From the NCBI RefSeq assembly GCF_009914755.1, contig NC_060936.1: DNA of 64,000 nucleotides. The stretch is one strand, 5' to 3'. This document shows positions 54,229-64,000 of the stretch, one piece after another (position 1 is the stretch's first letter; each line of letters opens with the position of its first letter). This stretch comes from the human T2T-CHM13v2.0 reference genome, Homo sapiens. Below the pieces are notes generated by a model, which saw only the letters and a list, made by a program, of their open reading frames with translations, did not search any database and was not told the origin of the DNA. Both the position numbers and the translations under genes were made by a program.

Positions 54229-54340
54229 CTGACTCGCCTCCAGTGACAAGGCTTCCAGCTGTCCTTCGAGTCGCATTTTCTCTTTGAGCACCTGCAGCAT
54301 CTCCTCCTGTGTTTCTGCTGCAGAGCTCTCCAAGGACACG
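54229..54340 (-). CDS. GOLGA3: GOLGA3 exon 6 (VSLESSAAETQEEML...LEASQ)
   Basis: gtccccag|CGTG...CAG|gtaacg; 112 nt. Confidence 0.94.
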
Positions 54341-54811
54341 CTGGGGACAAAGGCACGGGTCAGGCCTGTGCGAGCCATCCTCATTTTCCTTCACACTCCT
54401 CCACATTCTCCAAATTCCACACACCCCTGCTGCTCTCTCCCAATTTTTTAAAATTAAGTAAGAGATTTAAGTAGAGAGCTGAGGCTTGCATGATGCACGG
54501 ATGAACATTCCTGCCAACAGTTGGCACCTCACTCAGTGGGAACTGTTACAGAAACATGAGACATGCAAGCGTCGTGCAGCTTAGTGACAAGTCTATGTAA
54601 ACGGGAGACTGGATATTTTAGTAACACAGACCATTGCTGATCTAATTCTACTGATTAAAAAGCAGCGGACTTGTTATGAATTAAATGTTCATGTCAAGAC
54701 TAAGGATAGAATCAGGAAGAAAAGCTGTGTATCGCCTGTTCCAGTGCGGAGAGCCGTGGGCCCGGGAAGCAACATCTCAGGCCAGGCCCTCTGCCTGCCC
54801 TGCCCGTCTCT

Positions 54812-54942
54812 GCCCACCCCGCCCCCTCTGTTGGCCCCACCCACCTCTGCTACCGCCCCACCCACCTCTGCCCGCCCCACACCCCCCTCTGTTGGCCCCA
54901 CCCACCTCCACCCACCCCGCCCACCTCTGCTGTCCCCACCAC
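54812..54942 (-). repeat. G-rich (sense strand) degenerate repeat right after the exon 5 donor
   Basis: CCCACCCACCTCTG repeats on +. Confidence 0.8.
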
Positions 54943-55601
54943 CTGCTGCAGATGCTGTCTCTCCGACTCCGCACCTCCCCGTTGACCTCCTGCCCCTGGT
55001 CTTGGTGCTCAGCGGCTGCGGCCTGGAGGACGTCCTTAATGGAGGGGAACTGGCCCAGGGTATCCGCAGGAATCTCCTGGCCGTTGACCATATAGGGGGT
55101 GTCCTGCGTGCCCACTGTCTTCGACAGAATGCCATAGGTCCCTCGGGTGGAGGCGCTGCTGTACGATGAGCTGTCGCTGTCATTTCCATCCACCTCAGAC
55201 ACGCTGTCTCCAGCCAGGGAGGTGTTCTCCAGACGGTCGTCAGTGTCGGGGGACAGGCTGATCTCAGACACAACGGACGCCGCACTGCTTCTGTTCTGCT
55301 TCAGGGAACCCTTGGTAGAATCGGGAGCCGGGACATTTCCCCCAGAATTCCCCGCATTTGAATCTTCAGTTCTGTAATCGGCCAGAGACCGGATTTTGCT
55401 TGATTTGGAAGTTTTTTTCTCCCTAGGATGTGCCGGAAGCCCCAGGCTGCCCACCTTAGGCCCCCGAGGGACACTGGTGCGCAGGAAGGAATATTCTTTT
55501 GTCATAGCCAGGGTACTGGCCCTTGGTAAGTTTTCTGGGTTTAACATGAGCTCAGGATCAAGCGTGCTAAAAAGTCTCGTTTTGGTTGCAGGTTGACTGG
55601 A
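54943..55601 (-). CDS. GOLGA3: GOLGA3 exon 5, head domain with NLS-like PREKKTSK and caspase site SEVD
   Basis: ttcttctcag|TCC...AGCAG|gtggtg; 659 nt; with recalled numbering SEVD falls at D311, matching golgin-160. Confidence 0.95.
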
Positions 55602-55901
55602 CTGAGAAGAAAACAAAAGTACAAAAATTACATTTAAAATCCACAAGCAGCATTCTTAAAACTGCCATTCAGAAAGGTGGCACCGATCACTACTCCCTCC
55701 GCTGACAACCAGAGAGCACCACCTCCCCAGCCCCTCACCACACAGGGTGCGGCCAGGCCTCCGATCCGTGGTGGTCTCACTGCCGCAAGGCCCCACTCTA
55801 GTGACCAGCATGACCACCTCTGGTCTAAAGCACACTCTTCAGTGACTGTGACCTCAACACGTTTAAAACACATCCCAGCAAGTACCTCCTCATCAGACTT
55901 C

Positions 55902-56937
55902 TGTAGGGACCAGCCCCACAGGGTCAGTGGGTCTCCCCCTGTGTGCGGCGACGAGAGTGTAGAAATAAAGACACAAGACAAAGAGACAAGAGAAAAGGCA
56001 GCTGGGCCTGGGGGACCACTACCACCAATGCGCGGAGACCGGTAGTGGCCCTGAATGTCGGGCTGCGCTGTTATTTATTGGATACAAGGCAGAAGGGGCA
56101 GGGTAAAGAATGTGAGTCACCTCCAATGATAGGTAAGGTCACGTGGGTCACGTGTCCACTGGACGGGGGCCCTTCCCTGCCTGGCAACCAAGGCAGAGAG
56201 GGAGAGGAGACACAAAGACAGCTTACGCCATTATTTCTGCATATCAGGGACTATTAGTACTTTCACTAATTTACTACTGCTGTCTAGAAGGCAGAGCCAG
56301 GTATACAGGATGGAACATGAAGGCAGACTAGGAGTGTGACCACTGAAGCACAGCATCACAGGGAGATGGTTAGGCCTCCGGATAACTGCGGGCAGGCCTG
56401 ACATCAGTCAGGCCCTCCACAAGAGGTGGAGGAGCAGAGTCTTCTCTAAACTCCCCCGGGGAAAGGGAGACACCAACCCCCACCCCCGCCCCCCCGCCCC
56501 CCGGTTCCCGGTCTGCTAAGTAGTGGGTGTTGTTCCTTGACACCTTTTGCTACCGCTGGACCACAATCCGCCTGGTAACGGGCGTCTTCCCGTCTTCCCA
56601 GACACTGGCTTCACCGCTAGACCAAGGAGCCCTCTGGTGGCCCTGTCTGGGCATAACAGAAGGCTTGCACTCTTGCCTTCTGGTCACACCTCACTATGTC
56701 CCCTCAGCTCCTATCTCTGTATGGCCTGGTTTTTCCTAGGCTATGATTATAGAGCGAGGATTATCATAATATTGGAATAAAAAGTAATTGCTACAAACTA
56801 ATGATTAATGATATTCATATATAATCATATCTAAGATCTATATCTGGTGTAACTATTCTTGTTTTATATTTTATTATACTGGAACAGCCCGTGTCCTCTG
56901 TCTCTTGCCTCGGTGCCTGAGTGGCTTGCCACCCACA
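55902..56937 (-). mobile_element. Solo LTR13 (ERVK, HERV-K13/HML-4 type), copy 1, sense to GOLGA3
   Basis: TG...CA termini; 5' end TGTGGGTGGCAAGCCAC on -; 6-bp TSD GACTTC at 55896-55901 and 56938-56943; family from recalled consensus. Confidence 0.88.
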
Positions 56938-57136
56938 GACTTCCTCAACAGAACTTTCCTGGCTACTCTCCAGTTTATTTTATTTTTTTGGATAAACATA
57001 GAAATTTTCTTCAAGGCCGGGCGTGGTGGTTCACATGTGTAATCCCAGCACTTTGGGAGGCTGAGGCGGGCAGATCATTTGAGGTAAGGAGTTCAAGACC
57101 AGGCTGGCCAACATGTTGAAACCCCCGTCTCTACTA

Positions 57137-57319
<183 letters not shown>

Positions 57320-57399
57320 TCAAAAAGGAAGAACATTCTGTTGAACTATAACCACCTTAAATCCATAATTTCCTCCGCCTGCCCACATCTGCTTGCACG

Positions 57400-58363
57400 T
57401 GTGGGCGGCAAGCCACCCAGGTGCCGAGGCAAGAGACTGAGGACGCGAACTGTTCCAGTATAATAAAGTATATAAAATAAGAATAGTTATACCAGATATA
57501 GATCTTAGATATGATTATATATGAATATCATTAATCATTAGTTTGCAGCAATTACTTTTTATTCCAATATTATAATAATCCTCACTCTACAATCATAACC
57601 TAGGAAAAACCAGGCCATACAGAGATAGGAGCTGAGGGGACACAGTGAGAAGTGACCAGAAGACAAGTGCGAGCCTTCTGTTATGCCCAGACAGGGCCAC
57701 CAGAGGGCTCCTGGGTCTAGCGGTAACGCCAGCATCTGGGAAGACGCCCATTGCCAAGCAGACCATGGTCTAGCGGTAGCATCAGTGTCAAGGAAAAACA
57801 CCCACTACTTAGCAGAGTTTAGAGAAGACTCTACTCCTCCACCTCTTGTGGAGGGCCTGACATCAGTCAGGCCCGCGCACAGTTATCCGGAGGCCTAACC
57901 ATCAACCTGTGATGCTGTGCTTCAGTGGTCACACTCCTAGTCTGCTTTCATGTTCCATCCTGTACACGTGGCTCTGCCTTTTAGATAACAGTAGCAAAAT
58001 TAGTGAAAGTACTAAAAGTCTCTGATATGCAGAAATAATGGCATAAGCTGTCTCTCTCTCTCCCTCTCTCTCTACCTCAGCTGCCAGGCAGGGAAGGGCC
58101 CCCTGTCCAGTGGGCACGTGACCCACGTGACCTTACTTATCATTGGAGATGACTCACACTCTTTACCCTGCCCCTTTTGCTTTGTATCCAATAAATAACA
58201 GCACAGCCTGACATTCGGGGCCACTACCTGTCTCCACGTCTTGGTGGTAGTGGTCCCCCGGGCCCAGCTGTCTTTTATCTCTGTCTTGTGTCTTTATTTC
58301 TACACTCTCTCGTCTCCGCACACAGGGAGAAAACCCACTGACCCTGTGGGGCTGGACCCTACA
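57400..58363 (+). mobile_element. Solo LTR13, copy 2, antisense to GOLGA3
   Basis: Starts TGTGGGCGGCAAGCCACCCAGGTGCCGAGGCAAGAG, ends GGACCCTACA; TSD TGCACG at 57394-57399 and 58364-58369. Confidence 0.88.
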
Positions 58364-58544
58364 TGCACGCCCCTCAACAGAGCAGCTACCCCACCCCCAT
58401 CTAGAACCCAGGCCCTCTGCGGCCATTCTAACTTATTTCTCAGTTTATCCTTTTTGTTGTTATAAATGTTATACTTCCCACTAATCTTACAACTGCTAGG
58501 ATAACTCTTGATTTTTCATACTTGCATTTTTATTTTTTTTTTGA

Positions 58545-58634
<90 letters not shown>

Positions 58635-58869
58635 TGAGTAGCTAGGATTACAGGGGTGTGCCATCACATCCGGCTAATTTTTTGTATTTTTAGTAGAGAC
58701 GGGGTTTCTCCACGTTGGCCAGGCTGGTCTCAAACTCCTGACCTCAAGCAATCCGCCCGCCCCACCCTCCCATAGTGCTGGGATTATAGGTGTGAGCCAC
58801 TGCACCCAGCCAGATTAAAGTATTTAAAAACATAACCTTAAAGGTATAAGAAGAACACGCTGGTCATTT

Positions 58870-60192
<1,323 letters not shown>

Positions 60193-60363
60193 TTTGCTTT
60201 CTTTGCTTTTCAATTGGCAGATTTAGAAATAAAATGTGCTTGTTGCCCCTGAGCCCATGGCAGCTCAGAGAAGCCAATGGCAGGTCCCCGGGTTATGTGG
60301 GACCAACAGTTGTCTCTGGCACAGGAAGCTTTCCATGAGCTTGTTCGGGAGAGGGAGACTCAC

Positions 60364-60476
60364 CCTCTCCTGCTGGCGCTTCACCCTGTACTGTTTGAGC
60401 TGCTCTTCCAGCCACTTCCGAGCCTGAAGTCGGACCTGCTCCTCCTTCTCCAGGGGCAGGGGAGAATCTGTAGAGC
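60364..60476 (-). CDS. GOLGA3: GOLGA3 exon 4 (STDSPLPLEKEEQVRLQARKWLEEQLKQYRVKRQQER); upstream exons lie outside the window
   Basis: cccactgcag|GC...AGG|gtgagt; 113 nt; includes the recalled caspase site (C)STD139. Confidence 0.94.
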
Positions 60477-60564
60477 CTGCAGTGGGAAAAGGGCAATTTG
60501 GAAACTCATAAAATACCAGGATGCAGAACAATCAGGCACAAGAACTTGGTCATTTTGTACTTAA

Positions 60565-60985
<421 letters not shown>

Positions 60986-61100
60986 TAGTCAGGATGGTCT
61001 CGATCTCCTGACCTCATGATCCACCCGCCTCGGCCTCCCAAAGTGCTGGGATTACAGGCGTGAGCCACCGCGCCCGGCCTTTTTTTTTTTTTTTTTTTGA

Positions 61101-61205
<105 letters not shown>

Positions 61206-63067
61206 TGAGTAGGTGGGATTACAGGCATGCAACACGACCCCTGACGACTTTGGTATTTTTAGTAGAGACAGGGTTTCTCCATGTTGGTCAGGCTGGTCTC
61301 GAACTCCCGACCTGAGGTGATCCGCCCACCTCGGCCTCTCAAAGTGCTGAGATTATGGGCCTGAGCCACCGTGCCCGGCAGCAAGTGCCTTTTAACAACA
61401 GAAAGAACTGGGTTCAAAGCTGGAGCCGTGCCGAGCACTCTGAGGCAGGCTCAGCTCTCACCACGCTGCAACTTGCCCTGGCTTCACAGCAGGTTCTCGT
61501 GACCCCGCTGGGAGAACCTGAAACGCCGGCACCGTGGAGTTACAGGCAGTACCCAGCCACAGGAGCTCAGCCGTCGTGGGGTCACGAGACCCCGAGTGCA
61601 TTTCTTTGCTCAGTTACATTTGGGGTCCGCTCTGACGCACAGCTCATCTCAGCTCCTGCAGTAACAAGTCACATTACGATAAGGCTCTGGCGGTACTCAA
61701 ATGGCTGAAGCCTGGCGCCAGGCCTCACTGCAGGGTAAATGCTGCACAGGCTCCGCCCTCCAGGGCTGGGGGCGGGTTACCTCAGTTTCCAGACAGACAA
61801 GACTCCAATCCGAGGTCATGCTCCGGGACAGGAGGGGAAAATTTACAACTTTTTAGCCAAAACCAGAATTTAAAATATCTAAAACCCAGACCTTTCATTG
61901 TAGGTGATGAAAGAGTTGCATGGTACGTGCCAACGTGTTATAGTTACAAACCCAGGGCTCCACTTCCCAGGACTGAGTGTGTGGCCTCATCCTTCCTAAG
62001 CCATCAGCAGACACCGCCCGACGGCCTGGGTGCCGACCAGAGTAGGAAAGCATAATCACACAGCAACGCTTTACACATGACAACCTCCTTACAGGTAGAT
62101 GCTGAGGAGATGAGCAGCTACTGTCCTAAATAATCCCTAACATCTGAGCAGTCACCAAGAATTTCACTGTAAATGTACCATTATTAGTTTATACATTTTA
62201 TCACTGAAAAGATCTCTAGTCCTTTTCACATGGCAAAGTGGTCCAGATGGCTAGACCGTAAGTGGCAAATTCAGGCCTATGGCCACCAGGCAGATATTTA
62301 TATAAGTCGGCAAAATAAGCAGGGTTTCAACCAAACACTGACGCAGGAGATAGGCTCAGGGCCAGGCGCCAGCAGGAACAGGTGACCAGGGGCATCCCGC
62401 AAAGGTGTGCACGTAGACCCAGCGCTGCTGCCCCAGACACCTGGGCCAGAGCTCACACATCTGTAACTTCAGGACCCCAAAGTAAATAAACTAAGTTGAA
62501 AAAAATCAGGAATCTAGACTTTTTTACATGCTACTTCTCAACTTAAATGCTGGCAGTGAGTTTTCAGAATTGTTTCAAATAAACACATGTGAAATGCAGT
62601 CTGATTTCAGTAATTTAGGGTTTTTTGTTGTTGTTATTTAGTTTTAAGAAATTTTTAAAAATATACTGCAGGCCAGGTACAGTGGCTCACGCCTATAATC
62701 CCAGTATTTTGGGAGGCCAAGGTATGACGATCACTTGAGCCCAGGAGTTCAAGACCAGCCTGGGAAACATGGTGAGACCCCGTTTCTACACACACAAAAA
62801 ATTAAAATTAGCCAGGTGTGGTGACACGCACCTGTGGTCCAAGCTACTTGACAGCAGAGGCAGGAAGATCCCTTGAACCTGGGAGGCAGAGGCTGCAGTG
62901 AGCTCTGACTCTGCCACTGGCCTCCAGCCTGGGCGACAGAGCAAGATCCTGACTCTAATTAAAAAACAAAACAGGCTGGGCCTGGTGGCTCACGCCTGTA
63001 ATCCCAACACTTTGGGAGGCCAAGGCAGGCAGACCATGAGGTCAGGAGATCAATACCATCTTGACTA

Positions 63068-63367
<300 letters not shown>

Positions 63368-64000
63368 TCAGCACTGCTGCCAGTCAGACCACAGCAGAAC
63401 CTTGACTCCACCTGCATCTTCACTCTCTAACTTGAAGCTCTCCTTGCTAAACTCACAGCCCCACGTGGGACTCAGATGGCACACGGCAGGCACAGGCACA
63501 CAACAGCTCAGACAGTGAGTGCGCAGGGCACCTGCTCCCAAGGGGCTGAGCGACGCGGACGTGGAGGGTGGGAAAAGCGGGGTAACGGATGCTTACACAG
63601 TTGCGTTTCTTGCATAGGAAGACTGAGTCTGAGAGACTGCAAAGCTTCTTTTCTAACACTGCCCTCAGCACTAGTTCCCTGAGACTTCCTTAGGTTGTCA
63701 TGGAAACCAGCCACACCTGGAGAGGCATCAGGGCCCACTGGGCTTGTGGTGGGATCGAGAGACGACGGAGGGTCTGGGAAGGGTGGCGTTGGCCCGTTCT
63801 GACAGAGGCCTCCCTGGCCAGGTCCATCCGGGCTTTCCCCTTCCGTGGATGCTCTGTTTACCTCGGCACCTGGAAAGACAGAGCACGCTGGACCACCATG
63901 GCTTTAACAACAAGGTGACGTCGCTTTTCAGACATGCAGCTGGAGTAGGAGAGAAGAGGATCCAGACTCATGAGCACGGCACTTTCTCATCCCACAAAGG

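Noticed and set aside
53489-54424. 311-aa minus-strand ORF overlapping exon 6
   Set aside because: Alternative frame plus intron, no ATG start or domain features; probably chance

Overview
Human (primate) genomic DNA that is GC-rich, Alu-dense and minisatellite-dense, typical of a subtelomeric region. I recognise it as the ANKLE2-GOLGA3 locus (12q24.33). Both genes lie on the minus strand. Positions ~1-9600 hold the 5' end of ANKLE2: CpG-island promoter, exon 1 with the N-terminal transmembrane segment, and exon 2 with the LEM domain. Positions ~15970-60476 hold GOLGA3 (golgin-160) exons 4-24 and a ~4.2 kb 3'UTR. All 21 coding exons were mapped with GT-AG boundaries and consistent phases (4091 nt of CDS including the stop). 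Nearly all other ORFs in the track are Alu or VNTR artefacts. Main observations: (1) two independently inserted solo LTR13 elements, each with its own 6-bp TSD, sit head-to-head 462 bp apart in GOLGA3 intron 4, forming a ~1 kb inverted repeat with a divergent CTCF-motif pair; (2) a 77-80 bp VNTR is built from the exon 21/intron 21 junction and carries 13 extra 5' splice sites, all predicted non-productive; (3) a 44-bp VNTR grown inside an old L1 in ANKLE2 intron 1 carries ~17 CCACGTGG E-boxes; (4) a palindromic TATA-like VNTR; (5) intronic stop/polyA read-through isoforms; (6) inverted Alus in the 3'UTR and around ANKLE2 exon 2; (7) several unusual Alu architectures. Gene, exon-number and repeat-family names come from recalled sequence, not from a database search. 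Functional claims are hypotheses.
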